Shown piece after piece: positions 6,810 to 14,986 of a stretch of 19,400 nucleotides of DNA. Within the stretch, counting starts at the first letter, position 1. The number at the start of each line of letters is the position of its first letter. The position numbers and the translations under genes are program-made. Below the pieces are notes generated by a model that worked only from the letters and a program-made list of their open reading frames with translations, was not told the DNA's origin and made no database searches. The DNA comes from Methanothrix sp. (GTDB lineage Archaea; Halobacteriota; Methanosarcinia; Methanotrichales; Methanotrichaceae): assembly GCA_037128175.1 (NCBI GenBank), contig JBAXWY010000050.1, forward strand, positions 1 to 19,400, read 5' to 3'.

Positions 6810-8747
6810 ATGAAGAAGGCGATGAGCAATGTGGACGTCGCCGCCATGGCTGCGGAGCTATCCGACAGGATCCTGGGCGGCTTTATGGGCAAGGCCTACC
6901 AGCAGTCCTCGGACAAGATCTGGCTGTCTATCCAGTCTCCGGCGGAAGGCAGGCTGGATCTGCTCCTCGTGGCCGGCAAGAGGGTCAATATCACCAAAGG
7001 GCTGCGGCCTGCCTCCAAAACGCCTCCCCAATTTCCCACCATGCTCCGGAACCGTATAACCGGGGGCAGGATTGTCGAGATTTTGCAGCACGACCTGGAC
7101 CGGGTTCTGGAGATCGCAGTAGAACGCAGCGGCTCTCGCCATTATCTCGTTATCGAGCTGTTTCCCAAAGGCAGCATGATTCTGCTCGATGAGAACCGGC
7201 AGATCCTCTCCATGCTCAAAAAGATGGTCTACCGGGGCAGCAAAATGGCCGCCGGTGAGACGTACCTCTACCATCCCGGCCAGCTTGACCCCAGAACCAT
7301 TTCTCTGGAAGAGCTCTCAGCCTGGCTGGCCAGCGCCGGCCAGGATCTGGTCCGGTCCATTGTGCGAGGACTGAACATGGGCGGAACCTACGGCGAGGAG
7401 GTTTGCCTCGTGGCGGGAGTGGATAAGAATAAGCCCGCAGCAGATCTGGACCCAGGCGAGATTGAAAAGGTCCATCAGGCCTTAAGAGAGGTCTTTTTGA
7501 ATGACTCTCTCGATCCGCACATCGTTCTCGATAATGGCGAGCCGGTTGATGTCCTCTCCCGGCCTCTCAAGATCTACGAGGGTCTTGAGAAAAAGCGCTT
7601 TGCCACTTTCAGCGAGGCCCTTGATGCATTCTTCGTGGAAAAAGAGGGGGATGAAGAGAGGAAGAAAAACCCCCTGGATCGCCGCATCGAAGTGCAGCAA
7701 AAAGCGATTGAAGAGTTCGAGGCCCAGGAGAAGACATTCGTTGGCAAGGGCGAATTGGTCTACCAGATTTACGGCAGCGTGGAGCAGATTTTGTGCGTGG
7801 TGGCCGAGGCCAAAGCCAAGGGTTTTTCTTACAATCAAATCTGGGAGAGAATCAGCGGCTCGGGCCTGCCTCAGGCCAAGACCATTCTCTCTTTGGACGG
7901 GCAGGGGGAGATGCGCGTCCTGCTGGAGGGGGTGGAGCTGGAGCTACATGCCGGTCTCACCGTTCCCCAAAATGCGCAAAGGTATTACGAGAAGGCTAAG
8001 GAGATGGCCAGAAAAGGGAGCGGCGCAAAAGAAGCCCTGATCGTCACGAAGCAGCTAAGGGCAGGAAAGGCCGCTGCTCCAAAGAAGGCCCGTCCGGTCT
8101 CCTTCTACAGGAGGCGAAAGCCCAAGTGGTATGAGAGGTTCCGCTGGTTTTTCTCCTCGGACGGATTTATGGTGCTGGGGGGAAGAGATGCGGACGGCAA
8201 CGAGGAGATATACACCAAATATATGGAACGGCGTGACCTCGCTCTTCATACGGACGCTCCCGGCGCACCACTTACGGTGATCAAGACCGAGGGAGAGCCT
8301 GTACCCGAGAGCACTCTGCTGGAAGCTGCCCAGTTTGCCGTGAGCTACTCCTCGGTCTGGAAGGGCGGACTTGTGGCTGCCGATTGCTACATGATTAAGG
8401 GCGATCAGGTCAGCAAGACTCCGGAATCGGGTGAATTCTTAAAGAAGGGTGCTTTTGTCATCCGCGGGGAGCGTACTTACTTTAAAGATACGCCTCTGGG
8501 ACTGGCCCTGGGCATAGCCGATGGTGTTCTGGTGGGCGGGCCGGTCTCAGCAGTCAAGCCCAAAGCCGATCCCGTAGTGGAGATCGAGCCGGGGGAGCTG
8601 AATGCCGAAGATCTGGCCAAGAAGATTTACAGACAGTTTTCCGATAAAGTGGAGGACCGAGCATTCCTGAAGTCAGTCGCCTCAGTAGATCAGATGGTGC
8701 AGTTCCTGCCTCCGGGCGGATCGAAGATAAAAGAGAATACCGTCTGA
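6810..8747 (+). CDS. rqcH: Ribosome rescue/quality-control protein RqcH (Rqc2/NEMF, NFACT family)
   Basis: MKKAMSNVDV start. NFACT-N motifs F..MLR, Q...DRV, IELF..G. GLNMGG.YGEE, NAQRYYEKAK, and NFACT-R WYERFRWF.SSDG..V.GGRDA..NE..., QVSKTPESGEFL.KGAFVIRGER. Confidence 0.95.
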   Translation: MKKAMSNVDVAAMAAELSDRILGGFMGKAYQQSSDKIWLSIQSPAEGRLDLLLVAGKRVNITKGLRPASKTPPQFPTMLRNRITGGRIVEILQHDLDRVLEIAVERSGSRHYLVIELFPKGSMILLDENRQILSMLKKMVYRGSKMAAGETYLYHPGQLDPRTISLEELSAWLASAGQDLVRSIVRGLNMGGTYGEEVCLVAGVDKNKPAADLDPGEIEKVHQALREVFLNDSLDPHIVLDNGEPVDVLSRPLKIYEGLEKKRFATFSEALDAFFVEKEGDEERKKNPLDRRIEVQQKAIEEFEAQEKTFVGKGELVYQIYGSVEQILCVVAEAKAKGFSYNQIWERISGSGLPQAKTILSLDGQGEMRVLLEGVELELHAGLTVPQNAQRYYEKAKEMARKGSGAKEALIVTKQLRAGKAAAPKKARPVSFYRRRKPKWYERFRWFFSSDGFMVLGGRDADGNEEIYTKYMERRDLALHTDAPGAPLTVIKTEGEPVPESTLLEAAQFAVSYSSVWKGGLVAADCYMIKGDQVSKTPESGEFLKKGAFVIRGERTYFKDTPLGLALGIADGVLVGGPVSAVKPKADPVVEIEPGELNAEDLAKKIYRQFSDKVEDRAFLKSVASVDQMVQFLPPGGSKIKENTV

Positions 8748-8758
8748 AGATTTGCACC

Positions 8759-8803
8759 TTTTTTCGCGCTCCGTCGTCAGCCAGGCCCGAAAGATCCTGG
8801 CTG
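8759..8803. terminator. T-run plus 8-bp hairpin between convergent rqcH and arcS
   Basis: T6 at 8759-8764. Perfect stem CAGCCAGG (8778-8785) / CCTGGCTG (8796-8803) with a 10-nt loop. Confidence 0.45.
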
Positions 8804-8836
8804 CTTGAAAAGGAATGAGGATGATGCCGGAGATTA

Positions 8837-10579
8837 TCATTTTCCTTTGATATGCCTTATCTCCACGGCCACGCCCCGGCGCGAGGCCACCATTTCCCAG
8901 CCGGACATCTTCGCCTTCCCCACGCCGAAGGCCTTCTCTCCTATCACTATTACCTCGTCTCCTGGCCGGATCTGCTCGTCTGCATCAACAACGCCAGGCG
9001 CCAGCAAGGAGCCTTTGGGCAGGAAATCGCCGATCTTGACAATGTAGCGCCCCAGTGGCTCCAGCCGGGCTGCGCCAGCCAGGGAAAGAGCGATCATGCC
9101 GCTGGGCGTGGTCGCCGCCAGGGACCTCTTCTTCTCGTCCTGAATCTCCCGGCCCTTCACTATGATCTTTCCTGCCAGCAGGGCGTCTCCTGCTCTCTCT
9201 CCAAAGTAGTAATCGGCATGGGCCCGGTAGCGCAGGAGGCGCAGATCGGGCAGGCGCGCCGCTCCATGGCAGGCTTCGCTTACCGCCGCGCTGAGCCGGT
9301 CCAGAGCCGGGCCTTTGCTGCCGCCCCCGGTAAATGTGGCATCAATGCCGCTCTCTTTTACCGCCTGCTCCAGCTCGCCATCGAGATGGGCTACGATCCT
9401 GGCGTACTTGTTCTTCTTGAGGTAGGCTTGCAAACAGCTCGTCAGCCACGCTCTTTCTTCTCTGTCCCAGCGGCCGGTGACGGGAACGTCGTAGCTGGCC
9501 GCAGGATAGGCTTCCTCCAGCTCGCGTGGCACAAGGGCCAGGGGCGAGGTCAAAATCAGCTCGTGCAGATAGCGGCGGTGGCCTCCCACCGACTCCGCGA
9601 AGAGCCGGTGCGATCGGGATAAGGAGTAGGGCTTTTTTGCCGAGCAGGGCAGGAGCAGCAAGACATCGCTTTCTGGAGCCTTGTAGCGGTTGATCACCCT
9701 CTCAGCAAAGCGAGTGACTTCCACCCGCTGCAAGGATTCGGCGCAATTGGCATAAAAGGTGCTGCGCCGGCTCTGGGGCGTCCTCTTCTCCAGGTACTGG
9801 TGCTCGCCGTCCAGCAGGCGCAGGGCCGCCGTTTGTTCCGGCGTTACCCGCACCTGCCGCTCGATGTATTCGCGTATGGTCTCGGAGCGAATAGCCTCAC
9901 GAACGGCGAGCAGCTCTTCTTCCAGCTTATGCAGATTGTGGGCAATAAGTAGCTGTGCCTTTCTTCCGCTGGCGGCCATCTCCCGGCAATTTTCGCAGCG
10001 GCAAGGCAACTCCACTAGCTCCGACGCCTTCCAAACGCCATCGCGGGTGTGGTAACGGCCCAGCAGGCCGTCCGCTACGACGCGCGTCCCGTCCAGCATA
10101 TCGATGCCCAGATACACAAGCAAGGCCAGGTTGGCAGGTGTGGCCAGGGCGGGGGCATAAAGAGCTGTGTCCGGGGCGACCTTCTCTCGCACACTTACAA
10201 TGGCCGCCACCAGATCTCTAGGATTTTTCAACGCCCCGCTGCTGCCCAGCACATAGACATCGGCTTTTTCCGGCTCCGTTGCGCTAAAGGGATGGACCAT
10301 CACGCCCTTGGGGCCCGCCAATTCAAGGGGCGGCAGCTCCAGGGCCGGCTCGGAGCGAAGAGCTGCGGGCACGTAGGGCAGTATGGCCAGCTTCTTTTGC
10401 TCCCGCAAAGCCTCGGCGGCATTTATGGCATCCTGAAGAGATGTGTAGCTGTAGACGCTGCCCGCCGAGACGTAATCGTCCTTGGTGATCAGGGCGGGGG
10501 TGCTGATCTGCGGCTCTGTAAGCAGCTTTCCCATGCGGGCCGGGCCGTCGCGGCGGACTACCTCGAAGTACTTGGTCAT
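8837..10579 (-). CDS. arcS: Archaeosine synthase subunit alpha (ArcS), TGT-like domain plus C-terminal PUA domain
   Basis: MTKYFEV..RDGPARMGKL. Zn motif LPCRC..C...HN. ArcS signature LLPCSAKKPYS.SRSH, TSPL.LVPRELE..YPA..YDVPVTG.W. PUA motif LAPGVVDAD..IRPGDEV. Confidence 0.95.
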   Translation of the reverse strand: MTKYFEVVRRDGPARMGKLLTEPQISTPALITKDDYVSAGSVYSYTSLQDAINAAEALREQKKLAILPYVPAALRSEPALELPPLELAGPKGVMVHPFSATEPEKADVYVLGSSGALKNPRDLVAAIVSVREKVAPDTALYAPALATPANLALLVYLGIDMLDGTRVVADGLLGRYHTRDGVWKASELVELPCRCENCREMAASGRKAQLLIAHNLHKLEEELLAVREAIRSETIREYIERQVRVTPEQTAALRLLDGEHQYLEKRTPQSRRSTFYANCAESLQRVEVTRFAERVINRYKAPESDVLLLLPCSAKKPYSLSRSHRLFAESVGGHRRYLHELILTSPLALVPRELEEAYPAASYDVPVTGRWDREERAWLTSCLQAYLKKNKYARIVAHLDGELEQAVKESGIDATFTGGGSKGPALDRLSAAVSEACHGAARLPDLRLLRYRAHADYYFGERAGDALLAGKIIVKGREIQDEKKRSLAATTPSGMIALSLAGAARLEPLGRYIVKIGDFLPKGSLLAPGVVDADEQIRPGDEVIVIGEKAFGVGKAKMSGWEMVASRRGVAVEIRHIKGK

Positions 10580-10750
10580 GCCTTTTGTGCCTCTCTTCTT
10601 ATCGATGCAAGTGATCTTGGATTTAGAGCGGTGGACTTCAACATATCACCGCCAATTACTATCTAATCGTATAAATAGGAGATTTGAGTCTATACGTTCA
10701 ACTCTTAAAAGCGGCTTAATATAACAATTAGGGTATTCAATGGTTGTCTT

Positions 10751-10913
10751 CTTTGCGCCAATCAAGGCTTCGCGTGAGGTTTCAGTGGCTGCGCTAGTAC
10801 AGCCGGGCCTAATTAAAGCCATCTTAACGTGAGATTCAACAGGGTCCGGTTTCACGCGAAGGCGCGAAGCCGCGAAGTTAAAACATTGATTTTTGCGGCT
10901 TCATGTCCATGCG
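10751..10913. repeat. GC-rich REP-like palindromic elements built from CGCGAAG units
   Basis: TCACGCGAAGGCGCGAAGCCGCGAAG (10852-10877) contains three CGCGAAG units at 8-bp period. An inverted copy CTTCGCGTGA lies at 10768-10777 and a degenerate inverted arm TTTTGCGGCTTCATGTCCATGCG at 10891-10913. Confidence 0.65.
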
Positions 10914-11604
10914 CCCACTCAGGATTGCTGGCGTCATAGGCTCTCGTTGCCGGGTGTCAGGCTCTTGCGGGGGTTGAGCCCTGTTTTCGCGCATCTTAAC
11001 TGCGGGGAGTATGTGCAACATGTGAAGATCTTCTCTTTTTTCCATTCTTTTTTTGACAAGACCAAAATCACTCTTGACGATCTGACTTTTCCATACTTGT
11101 GGAATGAATTTTCGACAATTGCCAGCTATAGATTAATTGCCACCAGCGAGATCAAAATTGTGCTGTGGTATCCGTAGCGCAACATGAGAGGGTTTGAGCC
11201 TAGAAAGATGCTTATACTAATCTGCTAGGGCTTTCTTTTCCCTTTTCAGACCGTCCATGGGCCTCCTCCTGGCAGGATAGGTAGTATATGTAACTTACAG
11301 GCCTGGTATGTATTCTACTAGAGAAAAGTTCTATGGCATTTTTACTAGGATCTGGCTAAATGTCCTAGAATAGAACTAAATTGAGGCTTAGGACCTGACC
11401 AGCTTAGGACTCTTTCCCATTAAGCCTTAAGAAAGGTAATAATCAGAAAGTGGTTCAATTATATAAATTTTATAAAACTGTAGATGAATAGTAGGAACGG
11501 AGCATATCTCGATACGTGACCTCTACAGGTGACAATACAACGTGAGCATACCCAAGTCGATTGCCAGAAGGTGTATCTACTCAAACGACTCCAATGGAAG
11601 GATA

Positions 11605-12216
11605 ATGAAATTAGCTGCCTTGGTCATGTTGCTGGCTGTATTCGCAATGCCTGTTGTAGCAGATGATGTGGACAGGTGGATTCAGGATCTCAAAGATCCA
11701 ATTCCGGCTGTACGAGAAGCTGCTGCAGTGGCTTTTATAGGACATAGTGATACACGAGCAGTCGATCCACTGATCCAGGCTCTCGAAGATAAGGATCCAC
11801 GGGTCCGAATGTATGCTGCATTTGCCCTTGGCAAACTCAATGATACTATTCAGGCTCTCGACGATTCTGATTGGCCGGTCCGAGGGCATGCTGCTGAGGC
11901 TCTCGGCTATCTTGGTGACACTAGAGCTGTTGGACCGTTGATTCAGATTCTCAAGGATGAGGAACCTCGGGTCCGAGGGAGTGCTGCATTTGCCCTCGGC
12001 AAACTCAATAACACCAGAGCAGTAGGACCGCTGATAGTGTTGCTCAATGATGAGGCCTCGGTGGTCCGATTGAATGCTGCTGAGGCTCTCGGTAAACTTA
12101 ATGATACCAGAGCTTTAATGCCATTGGTTCAGGCTACCAAGGATGATGACCAGTATGTCCGAGAGCATGCTAAAGAAGCTATCTACCATATGTATATAGC
12201 CTATCCTGATCTTTAG
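11605..12216 (+). CDS. Secreted HEAT-repeat (PBS lyase-like) protein
   Basis: Signal peptide MKLAALVMLLAVFAMPVVA. About six 31-aa repeats 'L.D....VR..AA.ALG.L.DTRAV.PLI'. ATG 11605 preferred over GTG 11542. Confidence 0.9.
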   Translation: MKLAALVMLLAVFAMPVVADDVDRWIQDLKDPIPAVREAAAVAFIGHSDTRAVDPLIQALEDKDPRVRMYAAFALGKLNDTIQALDDSDWPVRGHAAEALGYLGDTRAVGPLIQILKDEEPRVRGSAAFALGKLNNTRAVGPLIVLLNDEASVVRLNAAEALGKLNDTRALMPLVQATKDDDQYVREHAKEAIYHMYIAYPDL

Positions 12217-12295
12217 GCCCATGATGGTTTTATAAACACCTGCTCCTGGTTTATAGACTAAGTGCGTGGAATGAGAACCCCGCATGCCTTAGTAT

Positions 12296-12805
12296 TTAAT
12301 CGAATTCGAGATATGTTCCGTGAACATTCAATTCCAATTTTGAAAAACAGATGTTGTCTTTCAAATTTATACGCTCAAATTTAGCATATACGATATCACC
12401 TTTCTCCAAGTAGAAGGTCTTATCAAAAAAACACGGGGAATTGGCCCCTACATTTGTCCAAGGCTCACCAATAGGATGCCATTCAGGATTTCCATTTTTT
12501 GGAATCAATATACCAATTGTTATTTTTCCCGAATGGCTGCTAAAATTTATAACTGTGAGAGACTCGATCTTGACAATCCCTTCAGCAGGTTCGGTATACA
12601 GTTCCATTTCAGTTGCGCCAACGGATTTAGAAGAGATACTCCTAAATATTCGCGTCCCTTGGTTTTTGGTCCTAAAAAGAGCATAATTGACTGCATGCGA
12701 TCTGCTGCCAAATCGCTTCTTATTTTCTATATTTTGATCAACCCAAGCTAGGAGATCCTCGTCTATTGTTAGATTCGTGTTCTTCTGTGTGGACGTATTT
12801 ATCAC
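12296..12805 (-). CDS. Ribbon-helix-helix (CopG/NikR-like) protein fused to a beta-rich C-terminal domain
   Basis: N-terminal KNTNLTIDEDLLAWVDQNIENKKRFGSRSHAVNYAL is an RHH pattern. GTG 12805 lies about 24 nt after a TATA box (GTG 12823 is the alternative). Confidence 0.75.
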   Translation of the reverse strand: MINTSTQKNTNLTIDEDLLAWVDQNIENKKRFGSRSHAVNYALFRTKNQGTRIFRSISSKSVGATEMELYTEPAEGIVKIESLTVINFSSHSGKITIGILIPKNGNPEWHPIGEPWTNVGANSPCFFDKTFYLEKGDIVYAKFERINLKDNICFSKLELNVHGTYLEFD

Positions 12806-12806
12806 C

Positions 12807-12837
12807 GTGTAGTTAATACACACTTTACTTATATATC
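12807..12837 (-). promoter_or_regulatory. TATA box and palindromic operator candidate of the RHH gene
   Basis: Minus-strand GATATATAAG (12837-12828). Inverted repeat GTGTA-gttaa-TACAC (12807-12821) between the TATA box and the start codon. Confidence 0.5.
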
Positions 12838-12990
12838 TCTTGCTCTGGATCAGTCATGTTTCCCTCGCATCCTTCACCTTTATCGTGGCTTGGTGCAATC
12901 GCACAATTTCATATTATAGATCTAATCCGAAATTGGCAGGCATATTTAGAGGCCAACAAGCATATCTTCGTTAAGCACTTCCTCGATCCT

Positions 12991-13941
12991 ATGAGATTGA
13001 TTCATGTCGTTTTCATCCTTATTCTGGCATTGATAACATCTGCACAATGTCAGATGACTGCAGAAGATTGGGTCAATAAAGTATTATATCACCAAAATCA
13101 GGATAAATACGATGAGGTCATCAAAGCCTATGATGAGAGCATCAAGGATTGGGAGAACGTCATCAGTATAAGTCCCAGTGATCTTAGCAAATGGGTCATC
13201 AAAGGTCCTGGATACGATTATATCAGGCATGATAATGCCATCAAAGCTTATGAAGATGCCATAAAGGCTTACGACGAAGCTATTCGACTAAATCCCAACG
13301 ATGTCGTAGCTTGGTACAACAAAGGCATTGCTCTAAAAACACTTTGCAACTACGATAATGCCATCAAATGTTTTGACGAGACCATCAGGCTAGATCCCAA
13401 CAATGCTGGTGCCTGGAATGGCAAAGGCGTTGCTCTTTATTACCAGGGGATAGATGATGATGCCATCAAATGTTTCGACGAGGTCATCCGACTAGATCCC
13501 AACAATTCCGAAGCATGGAGCAACAAAGGTGCTGCTCTTCGTTTCCAGGGGAAGTACGATGAGACCATTCAAGCTTTGGACAAGGCAATTGGACTAGATC
13601 CCTGCATTGTCGAGGCTTGGATCATAAAAGGTGATACATTCCTTGAATTAAACAAATTCAAAGAATCAGGTTTGGCATATGAAAATGCTATTAGATTAAA
13701 TTCGGTAGATAAATGGGAGTGGCACAGCCTAGGATTAGGCTTTGATGGCCTTGCAGAGCATTACGAAGATGTGGGAGATCATGCGAAAGCTATCGAGTAT
13801 TATCGAAAATCAAATGGATGCTATGAACGTACCATCGAATTAAACGGAGGAGATATAACTAATCCCAGCGGGGTAGATCTAGAACATAATATAGTTTATG
13901 TTCGGAAGAAACTTCAGCTTCTAATCGGCTCACAGGGATAA
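12991..13941 (+). CDS. Secreted tetratricopeptide-repeat protein
   Basis: Signal peptide MRLIHVVFILILALITSAQC followed by QMTAEDW. Multiple 34-aa repeats AW.NKG.AL...G.YD.AIK.FDE.IRLDP. ATG 12991 preferred. Confidence 0.9.
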   Translation: MRLIHVVFILILALITSAQCQMTAEDWVNKVLYHQNQDKYDEVIKAYDESIKDWENVISISPSDLSKWVIKGPGYDYIRHDNAIKAYEDAIKAYDEAIRLNPNDVVAWYNKGIALKTLCNYDNAIKCFDETIRLDPNNAGAWNGKGVALYYQGIDDDAIKCFDEVIRLDPNNSEAWSNKGAALRFQGKYDETIQALDKAIGLDPCIVEAWIIKGDTFLELNKFKESGLAYENAIRLNSVDKWEWHSLGLGFDGLAEHYEDVGDHAKAIEYYRKSNGCYERTIELNGGDITNPSGVDLEHNIVYVRKKLQLLIGSQG

Positions 13942-13984
13942 ATGATGCAATTCAAAGAATCTGTTAGACGAAAATCCATGTGTT

Positions 13985-14071
13985 GACAACGGATTCGCTT
14001 CCGAAACACTTGATCGCAAAGCTGATTCAGATGCAGCCTTCGCCAAGGCCAGAGAGTTGGGATATGCGGGA
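13985..14071 (+). pseudogene. Out-of-frame relic of a TPR-protein C-terminus
   Basis: Reads DNGFASETLDRKADSDAAFAKARELGYAG, resembling the 'LGR..EADAAFAKAKELGY.G' ending I recall from Methanothrix secreted TPR proteins. Lies 43 nt after the TPR stop, in a different frame. Confidence 0.55.
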
Positions 14072-14483
14072 AAGTCTCAGTCTAGAGCAGTATGTGTAAC
14101 CTGCAATCCATTTCCTCTTTTTTCCATATGCATTAAACCACAGGATATTATTATATAAAAGGACTCTTCTCGGCTCAAACTCCCTTCGGTTGCATGGCGG
14201 ATTATAGCTTTGCTTTTTGCGTTTAATGCTCTCGATAAATAGTTATCCGTGAATTGTAAACATGGCGTTCCATTAACTATGGAATTACGAGATAGACTGA
14301 AGTGGATTTAGATCGATTTGAGATAGTTATATAATCTACTATGGATAACTCGCGAGTTCGATGAGCCAGTCCAATCTCTTGGTAATGCCATAAAATTGCC
14401 ATGATGATATGATGACGTGATACTACTGAGACGCAAATGGCCTGTGGCCAATTTATTTATACAAAGCTCGCCATGCATCATCT

Positions 14484-14651
14484 ATGGCTGGGACCGTGAA
14501 AGAGACTGCTATGCCTGTTCGCGGAGAGACCGAAGAGGAAATCAAAGCTCTCCTGATGGGTACGGATGTAGCTTGGACGCAGTATAAGCGAGATCATGGA
14601 ACACGAGTTACTAGCGCCAAGGAACTAGATGCTTTTCTCGACGGCCTTTGA
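14484..14651 (+). CDS. Putative antitoxin, 55 aa (not in the ORF track)
   Basis: MAGTVKETAMPVRGETEEEIKALLMGTDVAWTQYKRDHGTRVTSAKELDAFLDGL*. Acidic. TTTATA box about 23 nt upstream. Its TGA overlaps the toxin TTG (TTGA at 14648-14651). Confidence 0.75.
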   Translation: MAGTVKETAMPVRGETEEEIKALLMGTDVAWTQYKRDHGTRVTSAKELDAFLDGL

Positions 14652-14986
14652 GCATTTTTCGTATGGTCCGAAAAAGAAGTATTAGCAATCCAGGGCCAGA
14701 TCAGGGCACAACAGAGAACCCATATAGTCTGTTCTTTCCTGATGAGATCAAGAATCAACTATCACGCATTAAAAGGAAAGACAAAGTGCTGTTCGAACAG
14801 CTTAGGAAGCGTTTTGAAAAGCTTCGCACAAATCCGGAATGCGGAGAGGTCTTAAGTCATGACAAAGCCGGACATCGGGAAGTCCATGTCAAGGATCACT
14901 GGGTTGTCATTTACAGGACGGATTACAGCGTTCAAACCATCGTCATAGTCAAAATTGGATCTCATGAAAAAGTATTGGGTAGATGA
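14648..14986 (+). CDS. Type II toxin, RelE/StbE/YafQ-family mRNA interferase
   Basis: Basic protein with YSLFF.....QL..IKRKD, KL..NPECGEVLSHDKAGHREVHVKDHWVVIYR....TIVIVKIGSHEKV. Start TTG 14648 or ATG 14663. Confidence 0.88.
   Translation: MSIFRMVRKRSISNPGPDQGTTENPYSLFFPDEIKNQLSRIKRKDKVLFEQLRKRFEKLRTNPECGEVLSHDKAGHREVHVKDHWVVIYRTDYSVQTIVIVKIGSHEKVLGR

Noticed and set aside
8778-8803. CAGGCCCGAAAG resembles the SRP RNA helix-8 motif
   Set aside because: The partner AGCAG strand is missing and the intergenic space is under 100 nt. Treated as a simple hairpin.
6829-10724. Many long alternative-frame or antisense ORFs within rqcH and arcS (e.g. 7501..8040, 8852..9622, 10049..10666)
   Set aside because: Shadow ORFs expected in GC-rich coding DNA, with no independent motifs.
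10646-11177. ORFs 10646..10855 and 10893..11177
   Set aside because: They overlap the palindromic repeats, have weak starts and show no protein-like features.
14401-14429. ATGATGA-t-ATGATGA-N10-CTGA, a C-box/D'-box-like arrangement
   Set aside because: No C'/D half and no terminal stem, so it is insufficient for a C/D sRNA call.
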